NCBI GenBank assembly: GCA_019239775.1
Contig: JAFAZN010000231.1
Location: forward strand, 12,741-76,740
Length of the DNA stretch: 64,000 nt
Direction of reading: 5' to 3'
Source: Chloroflexota bacterium
Lineage (GTDB): Bacteria > Chloroflexota > UBA6077 > CF-72
The translations under genes were made by a program, and so were the position numbers. A model generated the notes under the pieces. It was not told the DNA's origin. It was given only the letters and a program-made list of their open reading frames with translations, and ran no database searches. Position 1 is the stretch's first letter. Every line of letters starts with the position of its first letter. Positions 41,045-48,865 of the stretch are shown here, piece by piece.

Positions 41045-41380
41045 ATGCCGTACATCATCGGCTTCATCGTGGTGGTGCTGGGCTTGGCTGGTTTTCTGTA
41101 CGTCGGCCTGAATTGGGCAACGGGCCCAGGTCGTGTTGCGGCGCTGGCGAACCCGCCAACGCCAACCGCGATTGCGGTCCTGCCGCCGCCCACGGCCGAG
41201 CCGAGCCCCACGCCGGCCTCGCAGACCTACATCGTGCAAGCGGGTGATAGCCCCGCGAGCATCGCGGCCAAGTTCAAGATCAAAACCGAGGACCTGGTCG
41301 CCGCCAACAACATCGACGATCCTCAGAAGCTGCAGATCGGCCAAAAACTGCAGATCCCCCTACCTGCGACGGGCCACTAG
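41045..41380 (+). CDS. membrane-anchored LysM-domain protein
   Basis: ATG at 41045 (MPYIIGFIVVVLGLAGFLYV), a Pro-rich linker, then LysM YIVQAGDSPASIAAKFKIKTEDLVAANNIDDPQKLQIGQKLQIP. The track start at 40889 adds an Arg-rich extension. Confidence 0.8.
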   Translation: MPYIIGFIVVVLGLAGFLYVGLNWATGPGRVAALANPPTPTAIAVLPPPTAEPSPTPASQTYIVQAGDSPASIAAKFKIKTEDLVAANNIDDPQKLQIGQKLQIPLPATGH

Positions 41381-41463
41381 CTCTTGCCTGGCAGCGCCTC
41401 GACGTCTTCTTAACCGCGCTCCAACCCGCGCTCGCGCCGTGCGCGACGTTTACTGAGCGCGTC

Positions 41464-41613
41464 ATGGACGGGGAGTGCGCTTTCTGTGGTCGCGCCGATG
41501 CGGCCACCCACCAGTTGTTTTGTCACGACTGCCAGGCTGATCACCGCGTCTGCCGACCCTGCGCCGACGACGCCACCCGCGACGCCGCCCAACTCGGCCT
41601 GCAAGCCGCCTGA
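41464..41613 (+). CDS. 49-aa Cys-rich (3x CxxC) putative zinc-ribbon protein
   Basis: Below the track length cutoff. My translation is MDGECAFCGRADAATHQLFCHDCQADHRVCRPCADDATRDAAQLGLQAA, with G/C-rich third codon positions like real genes here. No clear SD. Confidence 0.35.
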   Translation: MDGECAFCGRADAATHQLFCHDCQADHRVCRPCADDATRDAAQLGLQAA

Positions 41614-41643
41614 AAGGCGATTGCTATACTTGGTCGGCGCTAA

Positions 41644-41715
41644 GCCGACGTAGCTCAGGGGTAGAGCAATGCTTTCGTAAAGCATGGGTCGGGGGTTCGA
41701 ATCCCTTCGTCGGCT
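41644..41715 (+). tRNA. tRNA-Thr (anticodon CGT)
   Basis: Hand-folded cloverleaf: GCCGACG-TA-GCTC-AGGGGTA-GAGC-A-ATGCT-TTCGTAA-AGCAT-GGGTC-GGGGG-TTCGAAT-CCCTT-CGTCGGC-T. CCA is not encoded. Confidence 0.9.
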
Positions 41716-41796
41716 CCCACTTATTCGAGTTCAATTCAACCAGGATTGGACCCGTCCGGACGCCCTTAAGGCGCCGAGTACACCCATTCGTACACC

Positions 41797-42114
41797 TTAG
41801 AAATCGCAGGCAGCCTCCCCAATCGCCCGTTTCTGCGCGGCAACAGCTGCCTGGGTGCCGGTCGCGTCTATGCTCAGGCGGCGACGCTGATTGATAGTGG
41901 CGAGTTGAGGCTGGATGCGCTCCTCGGGCACTGGCAAACCGCGGGCGACCAATCCCTCGATATGGAGTGCAATCGCCTCCCGGGCGCGCTCACGACATTC
42001 GTCGACTGTCTCGCCTTATGTGACTACCCCTGGTAACGCGGGCACCGTGACGGTGTATCCCCCCTCCTCGTCGTCAGGGTCAAGCAGGATCGTGTAGCGT
42101 CGTTCGTCCGTCAT
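41797..42114 (-). pseudogene. hicB: hicB-family antitoxin gene with an in-frame TAA at codon 33
   Basis: My translation is MTDERRYTILLDPDDEEGGYTVTVPALPGVVT*GETVDECRERAREAIALHIEGLVARGLPVP... The stop (42018-42016) sits where HicB proteins usually have Q (CAA). Confidence 0.7.
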
Positions 42115-42131
42115 CAGCAGGTCACGTCGTT

Positions 42132-42206
42132 TTACAGCAGCCGGCGCAGATCATCCACGCTCAGCCCAACTTTGACGTACGCGTAACACCGCAGGGGCTC
42201 ATGGAC
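42132..42206 (-). pseudogene. hicA: 3' remnant of a hicA-family toxin gene
   Basis: Only ~24 codons are open (..YAYVKVGLSVDDLRRLL*), resembling a HicA C-terminus. It ends 17 nt upstream of the hicB start and the 5' two-thirds are missing. Confidence 0.4.
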
Positions 42207-42251
42207 TCATGCGCGGGTTCCGATAGTCGGAGCAACGAGGGGGTTTCGAGC

Positions 42252-42800
42252 ATGCGGGATCGTTTTGCGTTGGCTGGCGGGGGAAGTCTACTCGTGGCCA
42301 TCGTTCTCACGGCATGGTTCATTGTCAGCCGATCGGCTCCGGCGAATGATCAACCGCAGATCGCCGTCGATGTGCCTGCGCCGCGGCCTACCGCTACGCT
42401 AGCGACCTCGCCCACGCCTGTAGATCGCTCCGTTGCACTGGTGGTTCACCTGGATGGCATCTCAGGCTCGAGTAGCTTTGCCCAGGCCGGCGACCGTATC
42501 GATCTGTTGGCGTATCTGCCAGCTGAGCTCGCTGGTCAGGCCACCACTCGTGTGTTGTTGCACGATGTACTGGTCCTCGACTCTGGGACCGGCCCATCAG
42601 ATTCGGCACTGACGGTAGAGGTGTTACCCGAGGACGCCGTCCTGGTCGTGTCAGCTACGAACCTGGGGGCGAGGCCATTTGCGGTCATCCGCCCAGTCGA
42701 CACTACAGTCGATGCCCGCCTGCCAGATGGCGTGACGGATGAGGCCTTGCGAGCGCGCGTGGGCGGCCCTCCGATCCTTGCTGAGTCGTCGAGACACTGA
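42252..42800 (+). CDS. CpaB/RcpC-like Flp pilus assembly protein (short form)
   Basis: ATG at 42252 preceded by GAGGGGG. N-terminal TM helix, then GDRIDLLAY...TRVLLHDVLVLD...ALTVEVLPEDAVLVVSATNLGARPFAVIRP (RcpC-type C-domain). No clear SAF domain. Confidence 0.55.
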   Translation: MRDRFALAGGGSLLVAIVLTAWFIVSRSAPANDQPQIAVDVPAPRPTATLATSPTPVDRSVALVVHLDGISGSSSFAQAGDRIDLLAYLPAELAGQATTRVLLHDVLVLDSGTGPSDSALTVEVLPEDAVLVVSATNLGARPFAVIRPVDTTVDARLPDGVTDEALRARVGGPPILAESSRH

Positions 42801-43717
42801 TGCTCGGTCCGGATGCTGGCCTGATGATGGCGGTGGCTGCGCTTACGGGCGTCGGGGTCGGCTGCCTGGTGCTGGTTTTCATGCAGCGGCGAGCGCGTCG
42901 AGCACGCGGCCGCCGCATGGCGTTGTTGGTTGGCGTCGCGACGCCATCGAGCACAGCTAGCGAGTTCAGGTTTGCTCCGCAGCTCGCGGCATTCAATCGT
43001 GCCACCCAGCGTGCGCGCGGCATGCTACGAGCCCGAGCCGAGCTCGTTATTCGCCTGGCCACGCTGGCCGCCATCGGCTGCGCAATGGTTGGTCTGATCG
43101 GGGGACTGCCCGGTCTATTTCTCGTCACGGCCATTTGCGGGAGCCTGATCTTCTGGCTCCGCCGTGAATCCCAAGAACGCAATAAGCTGGATCGCCAGGC
43201 CGCGTCGGCATTCGAGATGCTGGCCAATGGCCTGCGCGCGGGCTACAGCATCCCGCAGGCAATCGCTCTGGTCGCGCGACAGAGCCCGCGGCCAACCGCC
43301 ACGGAATTCGCGACCGCCGAGCGCGAACTGACTCTCGGCTCGAGTCTGGCTGACTGTCTCGCGCGGCTCGCTGACCGGACTGCACTCGCTGACTACCGCC
43401 TGGTCAGCATCGTGATCTGGATCCAGTCCGAAGTCGGCGGCAATCTCCCGGTCGTCCTCGACGCCGTTGTCGCTACGTTGCGAGAGCGCATGGAGCTGCG
43501 CGATCAGGTCGCCGCGGTCACCGCCCAACAGCGCATGGCGTCCATGGTTTTGAGCCTGCTTCCGCTTGGGGTGCTGTTGCTGTTCATGGCGGTAGACCGC
43601 ACCTTCGTGGACCCGATGTTCACCCAGACGGTCGGGCGCGTCATGCTGACGATCGCGGCCATGTTGCTTGGCGCGGGCTGGTTCTTCATGCGCGCGGTAA
43701 GCAAGGTAGAGCTGTAG
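42800..43717 (+). CDS. tadB: TadB-like platform protein (T2SS-F family)
   Basis: FEMLANGLRAGYSIPQAI...ELTLGSSLADCL...IQSEVGGNLPVVLD...R, with flanking TM helices. Its ATG overlaps the upstream stop (TGATG). Confidence 0.75.
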   Translation: MLGPDAGLMMAVAALTGVGVGCLVLVFMQRRARRARGRRMALLVGVATPSSTASEFRFAPQLAAFNRATQRARGMLRARAELVIRLATLAAIGCAMVGLIGGLPGLFLVTAICGSLIFWLRRESQERNKLDRQAASAFEMLANGLRAGYSIPQAIALVARQSPRPTATEFATAERELTLGSSLADCLARLADRTALADYRLVSIVIWIQSEVGGNLPVVLDAVVATLRERMELRDQVAAVTAQQRMASMVLSLLPLGVLLLFMAVDRTFVDPMFTQTVGRVMLTIAAMLLGAGWFFMRAVSKVEL

Positions 43718-43719
43718 CG

Positions 43720-44637
43720 ATGCATCTCCCCGATCTGAGCGTGATCTTGCTCGCGGGTACCTGGAGCCTGGTCGCGGCGTTTGCCACTGCGTTCGTATTG
43801 CGCAGGCGTCGCCGCAAAGCGGTCCGGTCGCGCCTGGTCGCGCTTCACATCGGCGGCTTGCGACCACAGCCGGTGAGCAGTGCCCGGCCGAGGCTGTACT
43901 TCAATGCCGCCAAGTTCACCGCAATCGTCGCCAGGCGTGCGCCAAAATTGGTCGAGCGGCTGCAACACCAGATCGATGGCAGCGACCAGCTCGGCAAATT
44001 GACGTGGGTACGGTTGCTTTCGCTGCAAACCGCTTTCGCTGGGTGCGGATCCCTCGTCGGCGTTGTGCTGATGCTCAATCTCGGAGCACGAGGGATTGCG
44101 GTCGTCATCTTGCTCGGGGCTCTGGGCTGGTTCGCCCCCACGCTGTGGCTCGCTCAGCGGCGCCGCGCCCGCGTGCGCCAGATGACGCGTGATCTGCCGA
44201 CCGTCATCGATCTGTTGTCACTGAGCCTTCAGGCCGGTATGGGTCTGGACCGCGCGATTCGCGTCGTGAGTGAACGCGTGGAATCTCCACTCAGTGATGA
44301 GTTACGGCGCGTGCTGGGGGATATCTCGCTTGGTCTTTCCCGACGGGAGTCGTTTACACGCCTGTCAGACCGGCTGCAATCCGATGACATCCGGCTGTTG
44401 ACCACCAGCATCGTTCAGTCCGAGCAGCTTGGCACCAGCCTGGTCGGCACCATCAAGACTCAATCGCACCAGCTGCGCGTTTCCCGCCGGCGCGCCGCGG
44501 AAGCAGCCGCGCTCAAGGCGCCAATCAAGATGCTGGTTCCAATGGTGCTCTTCATCCTGCCAGCGCTGTTCCTCGTGGTGCTCGGTCCGGCGGGCATCAA
44601 TGTCGGCCTGGCGCTGACCGGCGGCGGGCACCCGTGA
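43720..44637 (+). CDS. tadC: TadC-like platform protein (T2SS-F family)
   Basis: DLPTVIDLLSLSLQAGMGLDRAI...LGLSRRESF...QSEQLGTSLVGTIKTQS...KAPIKMLVPMVLFILPALF. It starts 2 nt after the tadB stop. Confidence 0.75.
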   Translation: MHLPDLSVILLAGTWSLVAAFATAFVLRRRRRKAVRSRLVALHIGGLRPQPVSSARPRLYFNAAKFTAIVARRAPKLVERLQHQIDGSDQLGKLTWVRLLSLQTAFAGCGSLVGVVLMLNLGARGIAVVILLGALGWFAPTLWLAQRRRARVRQMTRDLPTVIDLLSLSLQAGMGLDRAIRVVSERVESPLSDELRRVLGDISLGLSRRESFTRLSDRLQSDDIRLLTTSIVQSEQLGTSLVGTIKTQSHQLRVSRRRAAEAAALKAPIKMLVPMVLFILPALFLVVLGPAGINVGLALTGGGHP

Positions 44638-45023
44638 TCGGGCGGCACAACGCCCAGGCGGCGGTGGAATTCGCATTGACGATGCCGCTACTGATGCTGT
44701 TGCTGCTTGGCATCCTCGATGCAGGCAGGGCCGTCGTCGCGGCGGTTTCGATTGATAACGCGGCCCGCGAAGGTGCACGCTACATCGCCGTTCACTTCAA
44801 CGACGGAACGTGCGCCAGCCCGAACTGCCAGACGGAGGCCAGGCAGGTCGTCCTCAACAGCGCGCTCGCACTGGATTCGGGCCAGCTGAGCTCGACCGTG
44901 ACGATCGCGGGCGGCAACGCGAGTATTTTGCTCAGCTACCCGTTCCAGCCCGTCGCGCCGCTCATCACCTCAGTATTCGGTACTCCCGTGCTGACAACGA
45001 CCAGCAGCATGCGGATCCGCTGA
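44634..45023 (+). CDS. TadE-like pseudopilin
   Basis: AQAAVEFALTMPLLMLLLLGILDAGRAV...NAAREGARY. The GTG start overlaps the tadC stop. Confidence 0.75.
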   Translation: MIGRHNAQAAVEFALTMPLLMLLLLGILDAGRAVVAAVSIDNAAREGARYIAVHFNDGTCASPNCQTEARQVVLNSALALDSGQLSSTVTIAGGNASILLSYPFQPVAPLITSVFGTPVLTTTSSMRIR

Positions 45024-45078
45024 CTCTGCTCACCTATCCATCCTGCAATCAACCCACGCTCGTTTACAGGAGAACTTC

Positions 45079-45579
45079 ATGGACACCGCCAACGTCGACC
45101 TGTTTCTTTCTACGCGCCGCCTGCGAGCTGAAATTCCGCTCCGCGGCTTCAGCCGCCTATCGGACGTGCTGAACAACACGCCGGGCGACTTTCTCGCTGG
45201 AACGCTGCGCGGAATCAGCGACGTCCGCTTCTCGGTCAAGCCACTGGCCGACGGATCGGTCGAGCGCGACCTGGTGGTGCGGATCCAGGATGTGTTGATG
45301 GTGCAGCCACTCGACCCGCCCACAGTGTCTCCGGGTTCAACGGCAGAGCGCCGCGATCGCATCCTGCAGCGCATGGTGCTGGAATTGGGCGATTGGCGTC
45401 TGGAAGGCAGCCTGCACCTCGTCGACTGCGTGCGTTGGGTGGACTTTGCGACTGCCAACAATGAACGGTTCCTCGCCATGACGCAGGCTACCGTGGCCAT
45501 GCCTGGCGCCGAGGCGTCATTCGAGAGCTCGTTGGTGCTGGTCAACGGCGCACGGGTCAGCGCGCTCTACGAGTGCTAA
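45079..45579 (+). CDS. hypothetical 166-aa soluble protein in the tad operon
   Basis: AGGAGA lies 5 nt upstream of the ATG. Same strand, 55 nt after tadE-like. No family recognised. Confidence 0.6.
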   Translation: MDTANVDLFLSTRRLRAEIPLRGFSRLSDVLNNTPGDFLAGTLRGISDVRFSVKPLADGSVERDLVVRIQDVLMVQPLDPPTVSPGSTAERRDRILQRMVLELGDWRLEGSLHLVDCVRWVDFATANNERFLAMTQATVAMPGAEASFESSLVLVNGARVSALYEC

Positions 45580-45604
45580 CCGAGTACGGCACGGCAGCCA
45601 AGGG

Positions 45605-46654
45605 CTAGGTGGTCAGAACGACGACCGCGTTGCCCTGAAGCGGCCCGCTCTGGCGGGCGGTACTGGTCGGATCGACAACATACGGCAGGAAGTAGCCGAT
45701 CAAATGCGTCGTGGAGATCTGGCTTTGCTGCAGATAAAACCGCGCAAAGCCAACGATTGTCACCGTTGGCCCCCCACATGGGTTGCACAGCGGCACGTCG
45801 AGCAAGATGTAAGGCGGGACTCCCATCCCGTTGTACGTCGGGTCGTTCGGCAGATTTTGCCGCCGAACATTGTCCTGTAGCCCGGTTTGCACGTCGGTCG
45901 CATAGCCTGCTCCGGCCAATCCGACCGTCGAGCCCACCGCCAGCGTGCCAACGGCATGGCTGCCATCTGACCAGTACTGCATGCTGGTATGCGCGTTGCC
46001 GTACAAAGGTGCAGTCGACCCGCCGCTTCCTGCACTCGTGGTTAAATCCAGAAATGGCGCAGCCAGGCTGTAGAGGTCGTATGCGTTGCCACCGCTAGCC
46101 ACATAGGACGCCCGCGGTATCACGAGCGGCACCATAGTCGTCAGCGAGGTCGGTGGCGCAACAGGTACTAGGCGCGCTTGTGAAGTGGCGCTGATCTGAA
46201 TGTTGCCCAGGCCAACGAAAGGCATCAGCACCGTATGGAAGGCTCCGTTCAGGGATACCTGGACGCCTGCGCTCGTCACGGGCATCATGCCACCGCCAAC
46301 CGTGCCGACAGTCGCGCCAGTCTGATCCACATACATTGCCTGGAGGGCAGCGTCGGTGGGGACGGACACCTGGTTCTGGGTAGCCATGCTCTGAGCCTGT
46401 CCAAGCACGGCCGAATCGAGATACACCCGCGATGTTTGCTCGTCCAGCACACGCCACGTCGCCGCGAGCGCCATCGCGTCGGCCGCATTCTGCAGATGGC
46501 GGCGCTGAACGAGGAAGAAACCCATGTTCAGGACAAGACCAACGAAGGCGAGAACGCCTACCAGCGCGAACGCGGTGAAGACGAGTGCCTGCCCGCGGGT
46601 GCGTCCTCGGGCGGTCTGAGCTAAGGAAGGCCTTCGAAATGCCGATACTTGCAT
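45605..46654 (-). CDS. TadG-like (Tad N-terminal domain) pilus-associated protein
   Basis: ATG at 46654 (MQVSAFRR...). RGQALVFTAFALVGVLAFVGLVLNMGFFLVQRRHLQNAADAMALAA is typical of the TadE/G-like N-domain. The track start at 46837 overlaps the divergent gene. Confidence 0.65.
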   Translation of the reverse strand: MQVSAFRRPSLAQTARGRTRGQALVFTAFALVGVLAFVGLVLNMGFFLVQRRHLQNAADAMALAATWRVLDEQTSRVYLDSAVLGQAQSMATQNQVSVPTDAALQAMYVDQTGATVGTVGGGMMPVTSAGVQVSLNGAFHTVLMPFVGLGNIQISATSQARLVPVAPPTSLTTMVPLVIPRASYVASGGNAYDLYSLAAPFLDLTTSAGSGGSTAPLYGNAHTSMQYWSDGSHAVGTLAVGSTVGLAGAGYATDVQTGLQDNVRRQNLPNDPTYNGMGVPPYILLDVPLCNPCGGPTVTIVGFARFYLQQSQISTTHLIGYFLPYVVDPTSTARQSGPLQGNAVVVLTT

Positions 46655-46709
46655 GGATGCTGACGACGGAGAAGCGGCCGAGTATACGTTCTGTCCCCAG
46701 GGACGCCAA

Positions 46710-47690
46710 ATGAACGTGCTCAACCGCTGGCGCACGTTCACCGAGCGACGCGCAGTGGCTCGATTGACTGGCCCTGTGATAGCGGCCGGCGTCGGGGTGT
46801 TTACGTTCGCCGCCGTACTGCTCGTACTCAGTTCCACTTTGAACGGTCAGACGCAAAACACAGCGCCAGCAAGTGCGGCGACACCCGTCGAAGAGGCGCC
46901 ACAGCCTACCGCCGTCGTCGCTGCGGCAAACATTTCGATCTCGACACATCTACCGCCGGGCCACGTAGCGATCGGGGTGCCGTTTTCGGGCGGCAGTGCG
47001 CCACTGAACGAAATCCACGTTGGCGTCCATGTCGACGTGCTGGCTTCGTTCCCCGAAAGCGCGTCGGGCCCTGGCTTTGTGGGCCAGATCGTCTCGGGCG
47101 CGCAAGTGCTGCAGCTGGCCGCCAGCGGCGATCACTCGGCGTCGGCATTGCTCGACGTGCCCGCGGAATCGGGCATGTGGCTGGGCCATCTGGTTCGCGA
47201 GGGTGTGCCGCTGACCTACACCGTCCGCACCGAGCAGCAGACCGGCTCGGCGTATCCCTCACTCACGGCGTCCGAGGTTCTAGCGCGTTTGACTGGCCTG
47301 CGCGCGAGCGGCAAACCCACGGCGGTACCAGCGGCCACTCCTGAACCTCAGACGGTGCAAGATCACGAGGTGTCGCAGGTCGACTTCGTGGCGTACGAAG
47401 GGGTGACAGTAACTGACATCCAACAGCGGTTTGGCGTGACCGAGGCCGCGCTGCGGGCAGCCAATCCGACCGTGGACGACATTGCGGTTCTGGAACCGGG
47501 AACGGAATTGGTTATTCCGGGTCTCTATGGCTTTGCGTACACCGTGCGGGTGGGCGATACGTGGACGTCGCTATCGAGTACCTTCGGCATCTCAGTTGAA
47601 GCACTTGCGCGCGTTAACGGCCTGCCCGAAGAGACGCTGCCAGCAGTCAATACCCTGCTGTTGATCCCTGCGCCGGGCCACGCGCCTTAG
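46710..47690 (+). CDS. CpaB/RcpC-like protein fused to two C-terminal LysM domains
   Basis: ATG at 46710 (MNVLNRW) and a TM helix. GHVAIGVPF...GVHVDVLASF...IVSGAQVLQL...GVPLTYTVR (RcpC-like). Two LysM-like repeats follow (YEGVTVTDIQQRFGVTEAALRAANP...; YTVRVGDTWTSLSSTFGISVEALARVNGL...). Confidence 0.6.
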   Translation: MNVLNRWRTFTERRAVARLTGPVIAAGVGVFTFAAVLLVLSSTLNGQTQNTAPASAATPVEEAPQPTAVVAAANISISTHLPPGHVAIGVPFSGGSAPLNEIHVGVHVDVLASFPESASGPGFVGQIVSGAQVLQLAASGDHSASALLDVPAESGMWLGHLVREGVPLTYTVRTEQQTGSAYPSLTASEVLARLTGLRASGKPTAVPAATPEPQTVQDHEVSQVDFVAYEGVTVTDIQQRFGVTEAALRAANPTVDDIAVLEPGTELVIPGLYGFAYTVRVGDTWTSLSSTFGISVEALARVNGLPEETLPAVNTLLLIPAPGHAP

Positions 47691-48865
47691 CGCGCGTCTG
47701 GTGCGACCGCGGCGGCCATTTCGCGTACTTTGGCAACGAGCGGATCGAAGGCTTGCTGGAATTGCGCACCAAGCGTAGGCCTACCGTCATTGATCGACTC
47801 GGTGAGCTGAGCGCCCACGCTTGGGAGCTTCAGGATCTGACGGGTGCCCACAACGCCGGCGACGTCGTCGAATGTCAGCCCGCCAGTACTGTTGGCTCTG
47901 TTGAGCACGAAAATCATGCGTTCTCTCGAGTAGCCGAGTCGCTCCGCAAGGCCAAGGTACTGGTGCACATTGCGTAGCGCCCCAAGCGTCGCGGTCATCA
48001 CGATGACCTGAACGTCGGCCACGTCAAGTGAGGCCAGCGCGCGTTCGTCGTAGAAGCGAGCTGTGTCGGTGACGACCCATTCGTAGGATCGCGCCAAGGC
48101 GCTCAAAACACTGCGCATGTGGTCACTCGAGACAGTGTCGACCAGTTCTGGGCGATTCGGACGGTCGAGTAGTCCAACGCCGCTGCCGTGCTTGGCGACG
48201 GCACTCTCGATCGTCGAGGAGTCCAGCGCGTCGATGTGCGGCAGCAAATCAATGACTGAATGCTCGCCAGCCATACCGAGATGAATTCCCGCATCACCGT
48301 ACTGCAGGTCGGCATCGAACAGGAGAACAGACCGTTGCGTCTGTCGGCGCAGCGAGAGAGCGAGATTTGCGGCGACCGTCGTGCTGCCGACGCCACCTTT
48401 TGTGCCAAGTACCGCAATCCGCTTGCCGAGCGCCAGTGAGACGGGCGGCGGCGCCTTGGTGACTGTGGTCACTCGACGACCTTGCAGGCGTTGGTGGGTC
48501 TCACGGACGGTCTGCAGCAGGCTCTCACCGTTGCCAAAGGGTTTCAAGACGTAGCCCTGGGCACCGGCACTCATGGCCTTTTGCAGGAAGTCGATGCGCT
48601 CTTCGGACGTGACCATGATGACGGCGCCGTTTGGCACTTGCGACGACACAAGCCACGTGGCCTGGATTCCATCCATGTCCGGCATGTGGATGTCCATGAG
48701 CACCACATCCGGTTGCAGCTCACTCGCCCGCCGCACCGCATCCTGACCGCTCGAGGCGTTTGCCACGACCTGCATGTCCTGCTGCTCTGCGATCAGCTGC
48801 GTAAGATGCGCACGCTGCAGCGCGCTGTCGTCAGCTATCAGGATCCTGATGCGCTGTTCAGTCAT
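47687..48865 (-). CDS. response-regulator receiver fused to a CpaE/TadZ-type MinD/ParA ATPase
   Basis: ATG at 48865 overlaps the kinase stop (ATGA). IRILIADDS...VVLMDIHMPDMDG...VIMVTSE...YVLKPF (canonical REC), then VLGTKGGVGSTTVAANLA (deviant Walker A). Confidence 0.8.
   Translation of the reverse strand: MTEQRIRILIADDSALQRAHLTQLIAEQQDMQVVANASSGQDAVRRASELQPDVVLMDIHMPDMDGIQATWLVSSQVPNGAVIMVTSEERIDFLQKAMSAGAQGYVLKPFGNGESLLQTVRETHQRLQGRRVTTVTKAPPPVSLALGKRIAVLGTKGGVGSTTVAANLALSLRRQTQRSVLLFDADLQYGDAGIHLGMAGEHSVIDLLPHIDALDSSTIESAVAKHGSGVGLLDRPNRPELVDTVSSDHMRSVLSALARSYEWVVTDTARFYDERALASLDVADVQVIVMTATLGALRNVHQYLGLAERLGYSRERMIFVLNRANSTGGLTFDDVAGVVGTRQILKLPSVGAQLTESINDGRPTLGAQFQQAFDPLVAKVREMAAAVAPDAR

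Noticed and set aside
41410-41685. 91-aa minus-strand ORF between the LysM gene and the island
   Set aside because: Its first 14 codons are the reverse complement of the tRNA-Thr gene. The plus-strand 49-aa Cys-rich ORF is the more plausible reading of this gap.
41716-42251. Integrase or excisionase expected next to the tRNA, and a Flp pilin ORF upstream of cpaB
   Set aside because: Six-frame reading by eye shows only the hicB pseudogene and the hicA remnant. There is no tyrosine-recombinase R..HxxR..Y pattern and no short ORF with a G/xxxxEY prepilin motif. Absence cannot be proven without an HMM search.
45605-45788. 70-aa ORF 45576-45788 and 91-aa ORF 45760-46035 on the minus strand near the tadG-like 3' end
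   Set aside because: They are alternate frames of the tadG-like gene region with Arg/Cys-rich composition and have no independent support.
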